A DNA stretch of 24,000 nucleotides from an uncultured archaeon (GCA_964534625.1 CAZHRF010000001.1:12436-36435), one strand, 5' to 3'; shown: positions 10,101 through 19,005, counted from the first letter of the stretch. Notes: generated by a model not told the origin, from the sequence alone. Numbers and translations: made by a program.

Positions 10101-10473
10101 CATTAAAAGGGAACGTGAGCTGGGTTTAGACCGTTGTGAGACAGGTTGGATTCTATCTGATGGTGCTGGCGGGCGATTGAGAGCAAAATCTCCACAGTAC
10201 GAGAGGAACAGGCGGTTGGGGCCGCTGGTGTACCGGTTGTTCTAAAGAGCATTGCCGGGTAGCTAAGCCCTTGACGATAAGAGCGGAAAGCATCTATGCT
10301 CGAAGCGTTTCTCAAAACGAGTCGCCCATTCTGCTCTATTCTGGGGACTGGTGACAGTAACCTTAAGAGTAGACGAGAGCGCGGAAAAAAGATCCGTTTG
10401 ATAGAGCGGGGGTGTAAGCGTCGAGCTTTGGCGAGATGTTTAGCCTACCGCTACTAACTGCTCAAGCATAGTT
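7109..10473 (+). rRNA. 23S large-subunit rRNA (archaeal), interrupted by a 335-nt insertion
   Basis: 5' region GGATGACTAGGCTAGGGTGCCGATGAAGGACGTGG. Sarcin-ricin loop AGTACGAGAGGAAC (10196-10209). PTC block ACCTCGATGTCGGCTC (10038-10053). GGGAACGTGAGCTGGGTTTAGACCGT is also present. Helix 1: AACTATGC (7109-7116) pairs with GCATAGTT (10466-10473). The ends are approximate (+/-10 nt). Length is 3365 nt with the insertion and about 3030 nt without it. Confidence 0.95.
9657..9991 (+). other. Putative BHB-type (archaeal) intron in 23S domain V, ORF-less, 335 nt
   Basis: Conserved sequence stops at ...CCCCAGGGGTAA (9657) and resumes at CAGAGTTGTCGTGGGTAAGAGTTCAC (9993).
- Central helix GGGG (9651-54) / CCCT (9986-89).
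- Bulges TAA (9655-57) and GAA (9990-92).
- Inner helix CTGCACTT (9658-65) / AAGTGCAG (9978-85), 8 bp.
- The exact cut sites are ambiguous within the shared AA. The length is 335 nt either way. Confidence 0.65.
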
Positions 10474-10488
10474 AGGCCAAATGAAGTG

Positions 10489-10538
10489 GTAATATTCAGT
10501 TGCTAAATACTTGGAGAGTTCTTGTTAATTAACTAGTT
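10489..10538 (+). other. 23S processing stem, 3' strand, with BHB half-site
   Basis: Partner of 7041-7091. In order: inner helix 10489-10500, central TGCT 10501-10504, 3-nt bulge AAA 10505-10507, then TAC and TTGGAGAG... forming the outer helix. Confidence 0.75.
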
Positions 10539-10650
10539 ATTTTTTATTTATTGCTTTTAAATTTCAAAGTGAGACATACAGATTTATTTTTGTAAAATTT
10601 TTATAAAAATGCGTGATGTGGAGTTTTTATATAATAAATAGATACTAATT

Positions 10651-13467
10651 TTGATTAACTCAAAGAGAAGATATAAATTGATATCAAAAAAATATAAAAA
10701 CAATTCATCCGGAAATCATTCAATCATTGCATTACTCTGGAAATTATTTTGTGGTTTTTTGAGGTTCCTTTTACCATACATTAATTCGTTTTTAGTGGGT
10801 TTTTTTATTCTATTAGTATTATTTCCTTCTACAATTGACTATTTTCCTAAAAGTAACTTTAGAAATGTTTTTCTCATTTTTAAAAGTATATTATCATTGA
10901 ACTTAACCATGTATATATTTTCCTATGAGTGGATCCATTATTTTTGTATAACTATAGTTGTAATTTTATTTTTATTTTGTACTAAATTTTTACCATACAG
11001 GGTATGTATCAAAGATAATGTGTATTACCAGAAGAAAACTTTTTTCCCCTTATATCGCTCTTTTAGTATTATTGCCGTGAAATCTCCTTTAGACTCTTAC
11101 TTTCTTAAAAATGATCGTTATGCAAAAACAATTCATCATGACTTTATTGAGCATCTCTCAAAAAATCTATCAAAGTATAACTTATTGATTACTAAGATTC
11201 AATCTAACGATGGGTCTATATTTGGTTCTGATGTTCCTTTTTTTTTGGTTATACCAACGACAAGTTTTTTTAGACATAATCTCATTAAAAAAACAGAAGC
11301 CAATCTACTATTTGTAAAACACTCATTGAAAGTTTTCTACGATGCCACTTCGACCGTTTTAACACCGGATGAAATTGACTGGTTCTTCAATTTTTTAAAC
11401 AGTTATAAACACCGAACTGTATTTTCTCCATCATATAAAGAAACAAAGATCCCAAATTTGACTGAACATATTTATTCATTATTTATAAATGAAACTATAG
11501 GCGATGCACAGTTTCTTTTCCATATTTCAAAAATAAATGAACATGACTATTATTTATGTGCTTCATGTCTAACTAGTAACAAAGAAACTAGTACTAAAAT
11601 ATATGAAACCATTGGTTTTAAACACAAAAAAAATTATCATATCCCCTTCAATAGAATTCAAAACATTCAAGCATTTTTTTCAACAGCGATCTCTAAAAAA
11701 ACAAGATTTAAAATAAGTCTAAATAATTTAAGTAATTATATTCATATACCCAATGGATATCTTGGTACTATAATAAAAAGAAAAGAGTTTTTAAGTACAA
11801 GTTTGACTTCAGAAAAGGATAAAATAGTTCTAGGGAATACTACTGATAATTTATCTTTTCCTATTTGTTTAAAAAAAGAAGATTTACTTTTCAACATAGA
11901 AATTTATGGCATGGTTGGGCGCGGAAAGACTCAATTAGTTAGTCTGATTTTAAAACAACTAATTAGTATAGATGTAAATATGTTAATTTTTGATATCAAA
12001 GGAGAATATGCCAGAGAATATGTTCAAAATCCAAATGTAGAAATTTATACTATAGGGCGTCCAAATCCCTTGTGTGTTAATGTTTTTGAGACTCAAGATG
12101 AAGACGATGTTCGTAGCACATTACTGATCTTAGAAGAAATGCTGAAAACATCTAATCAAGATTTTTCTCCTGCTATGAAAAATCTATTCGAAACTGCACT
12201 ATTTTTAACACATAAAACTAAAAGAAGACATCTTAAAACGTTTATAGAAAATCTAATAGACGTCACATCAAATCTCCGTATTCAAGGCAACAGTAATTAT
12301 GTCCAACAGACATTAGATGCTGTTTTAAATCGGTTAAATTTTATTTTCAATCCTATAAATTTTGATATATTTGGTGTTTCAAGAACCACTCTCGATTTTA
12401 CTAAATTTGAAAATGGAAAAACTATAATATTGGATTTTTCAGAGTTCCAAAGGAGGGCAGCAAGACCTTCTGATATATATCTCATTTGTAATATAATATT
12501 AAAAATGTTCTATAGATATGCAACGAGTAGAGGTGTGACAAATAAACTTAGATATCTAGTTGTACTTGAAGAGGCGGTAAATATTATTCCTAGAATATAT
12601 ACGAATGAAAGTTCGGCTTCTTTAATAAGCTCAGAAAACAACTTTTTGTTGGGAAGAAACCTTGGAATTGGCCATATAACTATTTCACAAATGTGGGATA
12701 GCGTTAGTAAGATTGTTCATGGTAATTCTTCTACAAAAATTATTTTTAGAAGTAGTGAAAAAACCGATAAAATAGCTCGTGCATTGAATATTGGAGAAGA
12801 TGAAATAAATAATTTACATAAATTACCAATTCAGCATTGTTATGTATTCAAAGACGGTTTTGAAAAAGCTTTGGAACTTAAAACAAATAATATTTCAACG
12901 AACTCTTACAATTACTCTAATTATCTCTCTCTACTAAGAAGAAAATATCCATCACGTCAATATCCCTTGTTGTATGAAAATTTTATTGAAATGCGAACAT
13001 CACTTTATAAACAAGTAAATAAAATTCAGACTTTTGAAAAGGACAAATCTTCTCAATCGGACCATTATCCTATAGAGCGAAATAAGAATGAAAATCTATC
13101 ATCTGTTAATAGATCAATATATCATAATCAAAGTACTATTACTATAGATCAATTATATCAAGATGATATTTGTAACCAATTATGCCAATTAAGTAATCAT
13201 TCTGTTCACTGTTATAAGGGCAAATACATTGCTATGATGTTTGTTGGAGAACTTCAAAAAAGATATAAGGATAAAGAATTACTAAATATAGTATTTAATT
13301 GCGACCTCTTTAATTCTGTTACTAGCCATGTAGAAAAAAATATTGGTATAAATATAGATCAACCAATAAAATTTTGTATCATTCAAAACCTAATATTCGA
13401 CTTACTAAAAAAAACGAATCTGTCTGAAAATAATGCAGTACAAATACTGAGAAAATATGTAGAATAA
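10651..13467 (+). CDS. Membrane-anchored P-loop ATPase of the HerA/VirB4/FtsK (DUF87-like) superfamily
   Basis: 938-aa ORF.
- The N-terminal ~115 aa hold 3-4 hydrophobic helices (IIALLWKLFCGFLRFLL, LVGFFILLVLF, IHYFCITIVVILFLFC).
- Walker A: YGMVGRGKTQ, followed by the HerA/VirB4-style IFDIKGEY.
- Walker B: YLVVLEEAVNIIP.
- GRNLGIGHITISQ ... TKIIFRS matches the HerA-type C-terminal ATPase blocks.
- About 300 aa before and 230 aa after the ATPase core have no motif I recognise.
- The start is TTG at 10651. The first in-frame ATG is 86 codons downstream and would remove two helices, so the start is uncertain. Confidence 0.75.
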   Translation: MINSKRRYKLISKKYKNNSSGNHSIIALLWKLFCGFLRFLLPYINSFLVGFFILLVLFPSTIDYFPKSNFRNVFLIFKSILSLNLTMYIFSYEWIHYFCITIVVILFLFCTKFLPYRVCIKDNVYYQKKTFFPLYRSFSIIAVKSPLDSYFLKNDRYAKTIHHDFIEHLSKNLSKYNLLITKIQSNDGSIFGSDVPFFLVIPTTSFFRHNLIKKTEANLLFVKHSLKVFYDATSTVLTPDEIDWFFNFLNSYKHRTVFSPSYKETKIPNLTEHIYSLFINETIGDAQFLFHISKINEHDYYLCASCLTSNKETSTKIYETIGFKHKKNYHIPFNRIQNIQAFFSTAISKKTRFKISLNNLSNYIHIPNGYLGTIIKRKEFLSTSLTSEKDKIVLGNTTDNLSFPICLKKEDLLFNIEIYGMVGRGKTQLVSLILKQLISIDVNMLIFDIKGEYAREYVQNPNVEIYTIGRPNPLCVNVFETQDEDDVRSTLLILEEMLKTSNQDFSPAMKNLFETALFLTHKTKRRHLKTFIENLIDVTSNLRIQGNSNYVQQTLDAVLNRLNFIFNPINFDIFGVSRTTLDFTKFENGKTIILDFSEFQRRAARPSDIYLICNIILKMFYRYATSRGVTNKLRYLVVLEEAVNIIPRIYTNESSASLISSENNFLLGRNLGIGHITISQMWDSVSKIVHGNSSTKIIFRSSEKTDKIARALNIGEDEINNLHKLPIQHCYVFKDGFEKALELKTNNISTNSYNYSNYLSLLRRKYPSRQYPLLYENFIEMRTSLYKQVNKIQTFEKDKSSQSDHYPIERNKNENLSSVNRSIYHNQSTITIDQLYQDDICNQLCQLSNHSVHCYKGKYIAMMFVGELQKRYKDKELLNIVFNCDLFNSVTSHVEKNIGINIDQPIKFCIIQNLIFDLLKKTNLSENNAVQILRKYVE

Positions 13468-13560
13468 TTATTGTGATTACTTTCGACCATTGAATCTTTT
13501 CGAAACTTTTAAATTATAACTGAATACGATTGATTTAACTACAATAGATATAAAAATGTT

Positions 13561-13646
13561 GCCAGGATAGCCAAGCGGACTAAGGCGCTGGTCTTGAAAA
13601 CCAGTTTTCTTTGAAAGCCGGGGTTCAAATCCCCGTCCTGGCTCCA
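13561..13646 (+). tRNA. tRNA-Ser (anticodon UGA), class II with long variable arm, CCA encoded
   Basis: Acceptor GCCAGGA/TCCTGGC. Anticodon stem-loop CTGGT-CTTGAAA-ACCAG (anticodon TGA). Variable arm TTTC-ttt-GAAA. T arm CGGGG-TTCAAAT-CCCCG. Discriminator T, then CCA at 13644-13646. Confidence 0.93.
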
Positions 13647-13678
13647 GTTCTATCTAAATATATAAGGAACTTATTCTT

Positions 13679-15763
13679 ATGATTGATCTACCAACATTTT
13701 ACACAATAGGTATATCAGAAAAACCTCAAGCTGCAAGAAGGATTGCTTGGGCTTTGGATGAAAAAAATGATCCTCAGTTTTATCGTCTTAATGGTGTTCC
13801 AATCTATCAATGTGAGAGAGGAGGAAGAATAATTATTATCGTTCCTGCTGTTGGTCATCTATTCACTCTTGATCAAATTGGGAAAACATGGAACTATCCA
13901 ATCTTGGATTATGAATGGCTTCCTACTTATAAAAAATCTTCAAAATCTTATACAAAAAAATTCGTTGAAGTTTTTAAATTATTAGCTGAAGAAGCTAATG
14001 ATGCAATAGTAATGACTGACTATGATAGGGAGGGTGAAGTAATTGGATACTTGATTTTAAAATATCTTCTTAAGAAAAAAGTTGCGGAAAGAATGAAATT
14101 TTCAACTTTAACTAAACGCGATATAATAGATGCATATAAGAAAAAAGATCCATATTTAAACAAAGGACTATTAAATTCAGGGCTCATTAGACATTATGTA
14201 GATTGGCTTTTTGGCATAAATTATACAACAGCATTGAGTACATCACTAAAAAAAACCACAGATAAGTTTAAAACCATTTCAATCGGTCGCGTTCAAGGTC
14301 CAACTTTAGGGTTCGTTATTGATAAAGAGGAAGAAATTAATTTGTTTATGCCTACTCCTTATTGGAGGATTCATTCATCAGTACTTATTGATGGTGAGAC
14401 CTATGAACCCATATATGAAAAAAAAGAAATAGAAACTAAAAATGCAGCGAATGAAATAGTAAATGATTGCTTCAGATTGAAAGGTGTTGTTAATGAAATT
14501 ACTGAAAAAAAGAATGTTCTCTATCCTTTCCCTCCTTATAATCTTAGCCACTTACAACGTGATGCGTATTTTTATCTTAAATACTCGCCAAGTAAAACTC
14601 TTGAATTAGCAGAAAAACTATATCTAAAAGCATTAATATCTTATCCTAGAACTGATAGTCAAAAATTACCTATGAAACTAGGTCATAAAAAAATCTTAAT
14701 AAAACTAAAAACGCAAAACGAATATTCAGATTTTATCTCGGAAATTTTAAAACGAAAAAAATTCAAGCCAATAGAAGGAAAAAAAACTGATGCTGCGCAT
14801 CCCGCTATTCATCCAACTGGGAAAAAACCTAGTGCTACCCTATCTGAAGAAGAGAAGAAAATATATGACATGATTATTAAAAAATATCTCTCTTTATTTG
14901 GTCCAAAGGCGATTCAAAGGGTAGTAAACTTCGAAATTATGATAGATTTTCATAAGTTTTCAATTGAAGGTAAAAAAATTACCACTAAAGGTTGGATAAA
15001 ATATGCAACACCTTATGTTTTCTATACTGATACACCTATTCCCAATTTGGAACTAAAACAGATTATAAAATTTGATCTTATAGAAAGTAAAGAAGAGTTT
15101 TCTGAACCACCCAGACGGTATAATGAATCTTCTCTTCTTCAAGAGATGGAAGCGAATGGACTTGGAACTAAAGCAACAAGAGCTTCTATTATTGAAACTT
15201 TATTTAAAAGGGGCTACATAGGAGGAGGTATTATTACTCCTACTGAATTGGGTATTGCAGTTGTTGATGTTCTTAAAATACATTATTCTATTATAGTGCA
15301 GACAAAAATGACAAAGAAGTTAGAAACATTGATGGAAGACATTAAAAACCGAGAAACAAATGTAGAAGAAGAAATATTAAGGATCAAGCAGGATTTGTTT
15401 AAAGATCTAAAATCCTTTCATGATAAAGAAACAGAAATTGGACTTTCACTCTATGAAAATATTAGAGAACTTGAGGAACATGACATTATTATCTTAGGTC
15501 AATGTCCAAGATGTAAAACTGGTAATTTAAGAGTTTTAAAATCTAAAAAGTCTGGAAAGTTATTCGTAGGTTGTAGTTCTTATTATGAATCAGATATTAA
15601 GTGTGAACTAACTTTTCCAGTACCTTATGGAACAAATTTCAAACCCACTAATGAAATTTGTCCTCATGATAATTTACCATTAATCGAAAAGAGAAATAAT
15701 GGAAATAAAAAGTTAGTATGTATCTCTCCTGATTGTGATTATTGTATTGATAGGAGTGATTAA
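13679..15763 (+). CDS. topA: DNA topoisomerase, type IA (TopA / Topo III-like)
   Basis: 694 aa. Toprim N-terminus with the acidic DxD cluster MTDYDREGE. Catalytic-tyrosine block LISYPRTDSQ. GTKATRASIIE block. C-terminal zinc ribbons CPRCKTG ... C..C. Confidence 0.92.
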   Translation: MIDLPTFYTIGISEKPQAARRIAWALDEKNDPQFYRLNGVPIYQCERGGRIIIIVPAVGHLFTLDQIGKTWNYPILDYEWLPTYKKSSKSYTKKFVEVFKLLAEEANDAIVMTDYDREGEVIGYLILKYLLKKKVAERMKFSTLTKRDIIDAYKKKDPYLNKGLLNSGLIRHYVDWLFGINYTTALSTSLKKTTDKFKTISIGRVQGPTLGFVIDKEEEINLFMPTPYWRIHSSVLIDGETYEPIYEKKEIETKNAANEIVNDCFRLKGVVNEITEKKNVLYPFPPYNLSHLQRDAYFYLKYSPSKTLELAEKLYLKALISYPRTDSQKLPMKLGHKKILIKLKTQNEYSDFISEILKRKKFKPIEGKKTDAAHPAIHPTGKKPSATLSEEEKKIYDMIIKKYLSLFGPKAIQRVVNFEIMIDFHKFSIEGKKITTKGWIKYATPYVFYTDTPIPNLELKQIIKFDLIESKEEFSEPPRRYNESSLLQEMEANGLGTKATRASIIETLFKRGYIGGGIITPTELGIAVVDVLKIHYSIIVQTKMTKKLETLMEDIKNRETNVEEEILRIKQDLFKDLKSFHDKETEIGLSLYENIRELEEHDIIILGQCPRCKTGNLRVLKSKKSGKLFVGCSSYYESDIKCELTFPVPYGTNFKPTNEICPHDNLPLIEKRNNGNKKLVCISPDCDYCIDRSD

Positions 15764-15764
15764 G

Positions 15765-16010
15765 ATGACGGAACTAGAAAAAAGAAAAAGATGTGTTATC
15801 TGTAATAGAAGAAAACTTAACCATTCAATATATTGTATTAAGCATTTTGATGCAAAAAAGATTTTGATGAAATATTATGAGCAATGGCAAAGAGCTTATG
15901 GAGTTTTATCTTGGGAATCTTATATTCAAAAAGTGCTAAAAATTGAAGATAAAGTAGGTATTTGGATAATAGAAGTTATCAAACACGAATTATATTTCAA
16001 ACCATCGTAA
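15765..16010 (+). CDS. Small zinc-finger protein (81 aa), translationally coupled to topA
   Basis: The ATG at 15765 is 1 nt after the topA stop (15761-15763). It is preceded by AGGAGTGAT (15752-15760), complementary to the 16S 3' end GGATCACCTCCT. Sequence MTELEKRKRCVICNRRKLNHSIYCIKH carries a C-x2-C-x10-C-x2-H motif. I recognise no family. Confidence 0.55.
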   Translation: MTELEKRKRCVICNRRKLNHSIYCIKHFDAKKILMKYYEQWQRAYGVLSWESYIQKVLKIEDKVGIWIIEVIKHELYFKPS

Positions 16011-16294
16011 TATCTAAAACGTTTATTAAAAAGTAATTATTGCGTATAAAATCATAATCAGACAACACATAGGGAAACAAGATAAAAGGCAAAAAGTAGT
16101 ACGAAATACTAATGGTTGATATTGTAAAGTATAGATTTTGGTGAAAATTTAGTACTTGCGAAATAGTGCTTTACTTGTATAATTTATGTGGTAGAATACG
16201 CTAAATACACTTTAAATGGATAGAACATTGAATATTTTCTTCATTTGGAAGTACTAAAATATAACTATACAAGAAATTGAACCAATTGCTCGAG

Positions 16295-16327
16295 ATCACA
16301 TTAATTTTTACTATAAATTAATGTGAT
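16295..16327. terminator. Perfect 13-bp inverted repeat just 3' of the glutaredoxin-like gene
   Basis: ATCACATTAATTT (16295-16307) and AAATTAATGTGAT (16315-16327) with a 7-nt spacer, 30 nt downstream of the minus-strand stop at 16357. It is either a terminator-like hairpin or a palindromic protein-binding site. Confidence 0.4.
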
Positions 16328-16356
16328 ATATTTACTCTAGATCCTTCCTTAATAAT

Positions 16357-16605
16357 CTAAGAGAAAAGTGCAGTATGTATTTGATCCAATTCTGGTATTC
16401 CTTCAAGCATTACATCACCAACAATAATTGTTGGTAGTGATTTTATTGATTTTACTCTAGTATTATGTTTTTGTTTTTTTTTATCTATGTGAATACTAGT
16501 ATAAGTAAATAACCCTTTATACTGTTCAATAGCTTCTCTTAATCGTTCTTCTGCTAAAGTACAATATGGGCATTCACTTGAAGTATATAAAATGATTTTT
16601 TTCAT
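16357..16605 (-). CDS. Glutaredoxin-like / NrdH-like small thioredoxin-fold protein
   Basis: MKKIILYTSSECPYCTLAEE has a CPYC active site directly after the first beta-strand. SLPTIIVGD matches the cis-Pro region (TVP-like). The track ORF extends to GTG 16626. I prefer ATG 16605, which gives the typical Grx N-terminus. Confidence 0.75.
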   Translation of the reverse strand: MKKIILYTSSECPYCTLAEERLREAIEQYKGLFTYTSIHIDKKKQKHNTRVKSIKSLPTIIVGDVMLEGIPELDQIHTALFS

Positions 16606-16700
16606 TTTTTGTTCATTTATTTTCACTTAACGTTCCTTAAAAAAATCATCAATAAAAACTGGACTCAAAACTTTCTTTTTTGTGTTAGTTTAGACTTGAT

Positions 16701-16961
16701 TTATATCTTACATCTACATGGATTAAAATGGCATTTTGGACAGTTTTTATTATATTTTTCTGTTGTGACCATCTGTGTATCAATTTCAAGCAAATTTGCC
16801 AGACTTAGTGTCCATGCTATAACATCTGCAATCTCTTCTTCTATTTTTCTTCTGTCCTTTAGTAAAAGTGCTTCTGATAGTTCTCCAATCTCTTCAATAA
16901 GTTTTAAAAAAGTTTTATATAAGCCTCTGTTTTTATCTTTTTCATAAAATAATTCCATCAT
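16701..16961 (-). CDS. MazG-like nucleotide pyrophosphohydrolase-fold protein with C-terminal Cys cluster
   Basis: 86 aa. KLIEEIGELSEAL ... EEEIADVIAWTLSLANLLEID fits the MazG EExxE...ExxD helical pattern. The C-terminus is CPKCHFNPCRC. The antisense ORF 16609-16947 is an artefact. Confidence 0.7.
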   Translation of the reverse strand: MMELFYEKDKNRGLYKTFLKLIEEIGELSEALLLKDRRKIEEEIADVIAWTLSLANLLEIDTQMVTTEKYNKNCPKCHFNPCRCKI

Positions 16962-17014
16962 GAGTTTTTGTAAGTTTTTTATTTATCTCACCCTCTGTAA
17001 AAACTCTTAAAATG

Positions 17015-17203
17015 TTATTGAAATGTTATTGTGATATTACCTACAAACACAGCTATGATTAGTATAATGGCTGTAGCAACAACAAACCACGGACCTACTT
17101 TTACACCTGGTAAATCTTCGTCATAATACCTCATGAGCCCAGCACCTGTTGCTGGCATTGGACTTGATTCTTTTTTCTTTGTTCTTCTCCTTGACTTACT
17201 CAT
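17015..17203 (-). CDS. secG: Preprotein translocase subunit Sec61-beta (archaeal SecG)
   Basis: 62 aa. Basic N-terminus, the conserved GAGLMRYYDED motif, then a single C-terminal TM helix (WFVVATAIILIIAVFVG). This is the tail-anchored Sec61-beta architecture. Confidence 0.8.
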   Translation of the reverse strand: MSKSRRRTKKKESSPMPATGAGLMRYYDEDLPGVKVGPWFVVATAIILIIAVFVGNITITFQ

Positions 17204-17280
17204 TTTTAACCATGTTCATCCTTTGAATATATATTTATATGGTTTTTCATAATCAATAAATTTTGTAAAAAAAATATTGT

Positions 17281-17357
17281 TGGCGATCCCGATGAGATTT
17301 GAACTCACGACCCCCAACTTAGAAGGCTGGTGCTCTATCCTGCTGAGCTACGGGATC
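17281..17357 (-). tRNA. tRNA-Arg (anticodon UCU), CCA encoded
   Basis: Reverse complement is GATCCCG-TA-GCTC-AGCAGGATA-GAGC-A-CCAGC-CTTCTAA-GTTGG-GGGTC-GTGAG-TTCAAAT-CTCAT-CGGGATC-G-CCA. All four stems pair. The anticodon loop is CTTCTAA, giving anticodon TCT. Confidence 0.93.
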
Positions 17358-17478
17358 TATTTTCTCTTTTAACTTTACTTCAATCTTTTTGATTGCTATA
17401 TTAAACTTTTTGATTCTAGGCTACTATTTTATTTCGAAAATTATATAATGATATGTTCTCTCTTCTTTTTGTATATTA

Positions 17479-19005
17479 ATGGATTCCTCTCAGATTTTAA
17501 AGAAATTATTCGCTGCTGGATATCAACTGACACCAGAGGCTTATGAATTTCTTGTATCGTTATCTTCTAAAAGAGTTATTATCGAAAGAATAATTAAATC
17601 TAAATCAGATTCTTTTTTACTAACAATAGACGAAATAAATAGTTTTAGAGAACAGGCAATAGATGAAAGTAATTCTAAAAAAAAGAATATTCTTGAAACA
17701 GAACAATCTCCGTTTAGCGAAGATAAAAAAACAAATCAATTCTCCAATTTGATATCAAATAAACAAGAAATAAATATTGAAATAATTTATTCACCAAATG
17801 CAGTTCCACCACCTCCTTCTACAACAAGTTTCCAAAAATATTTTACAAGTCGATATTTGCAAGTATCATCATTATTTAAAGGAAGAAAAGATATTACAAA
17901 CATTGTTGGATCTTCAAGCTTATTAAATAAAATCAAGATAAACTCTATGTCTTTTATTGGTCTGATTAAATCAAAGACATTCACTCGGAAGGGATCTTTT
18001 ATTCTTGAAATAGAAGATTTGGAAGGTTCGATTAAGGCATTGATTCCTTCTTCAAAACCTGATCTAATTCAACAATCCCATTATATCCTAAATGATTCGG
18101 TTCTCTGTTTTAAAGGTACCTGGTCTAAAGATATCTTGTTTGTGAATGAAATTAATTGGCCTGATATACCCTATACTCACAAACCCAATCGTTCTGATAT
18201 TGATGTTTGTGCACTTTTTCTTTCTGACATACACATTGGTTCAAAGCAGTTTTCAAATGTTCTTTTTCAAAAAGTAATTGATTTCGTCAATGGAAAACTA
18301 AAAGATTCACAATATAGATCTGTAGGTGAAAAAATAAAATATATTTTTATTGCAGGTGATTTAGTTGAAGGTGTAGGTGTGTATCCAGGTCAAGAAAATG
18401 ATTTAGTAGTAGATAATATTCATATGCAATATTTTTTGGCGAGTGAATTTATAGAGAAAATCAGATCTGACATAGAAATTTTTGTTATACCGGGAAACCA
18501 CGATGGTGCAAGATTTGCTGAACCCCAAACACCTATCTTGAGAGATTATGCTAATGAATTATATGAGTTGAAGAATGTACGTCTTTTAGGCAGTCCAGCT
18601 TATATTAAAGTTTCAGGAGTTGAAATTCTTATGAACCATGGAAATTCCATAATAGATATTAATGCTGCTATACCCAATATTAACCATGCAAGTTCAGTTC
18701 CTGCGATGGTTGAAATATTGCGCAATAGACATTTGGTTCCTATATATGGCCAAAGAACCCCAATTGCACCAGAAGCTGAGGATTCCTTATTCTTATCCCG
18801 AATACCTGATGTTTTTCATACAGGACATACTCATTTAGCTGCAGATGGGTATTATAAGGGAATAACTCTGATAAATTCGGGAACATTTCAACTACAAACA
18901 GATTATCAAAAAAGTATGAATATAAATCCAAATACGGGTATTTCATACATTATGAACTTAAAGACCCTCCAACGGACACGAATCGATTTTAACCAAATTA
19001 TGTAA
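17479..19005 (+). CDS. DNA polymerase D (Pol II) small subunit DP1
   Basis: 508 aa. The N-terminus ILKKLFAAGYQLTPEAYEFL is typical of DP1. Calcineurin-like phosphoesterase motifs follow: LFLSDIHIGS, IAGDLVEG, VIPGNHD, MNHGN, HTGHTH. Confidence 0.92.
   Translation: MDSSQILKKLFAAGYQLTPEAYEFLVSLSSKRVIIERIIKSKSDSFLLTIDEINSFREQAIDESNSKKKNILETEQSPFSEDKKTNQFSNLISNKQEINIEIIYSPNAVPPPPSTTSFQKYFTSRYLQVSSLFKGRKDITNIVGSSSLLNKIKINSMSFIGLIKSKTFTRKGSFILEIEDLEGSIKALIPSSKPDLIQQSHYILNDSVLCFKGTWSKDILFVNEINWPDIPYTHKPNRSDIDVCALFLSDIHIGSKQFSNVLFQKVIDFVNGKLKDSQYRSVGEKIKYIFIAGDLVEGVGVYPGQENDLVVDNIHMQYFLASEFIEKIRSDIEIFVIPGNHDGARFAEPQTPILRDYANELYELKNVRLLGSPAYIKVSGVEILMNHGNSIIDINAAIPNINHASSVPAMVEILRNRHLVPIYGQRTPIAPEAEDSLFLSRIPDVFHTGHTHLAADGYYKGITLINSGTFQLQTDYQKSMNINPNTGISYIMNLKTLQRTRIDFNQIM

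Noticed and set aside
7137-10315. ORFs 7137-7364, 7885-8178, 8331-8549, 8543-8764, 8880-9092, 9218-9718 and 10103-10315
   Set aside because: All lie inside the 23S rRNA. ORF 9218-9718 runs partly into the intron on the antisense strand. These are composition artefacts.
10540-13650. Integrated mobile element carrying the large ATPase at tRNA-Ser
   Set aside because: I found no integrase or transposase, and no direct repeat of the tRNA-Ser 3' half in the window. The left neighbour is the 23S. The idea survives only as one hypothesis within the ATPase finding.
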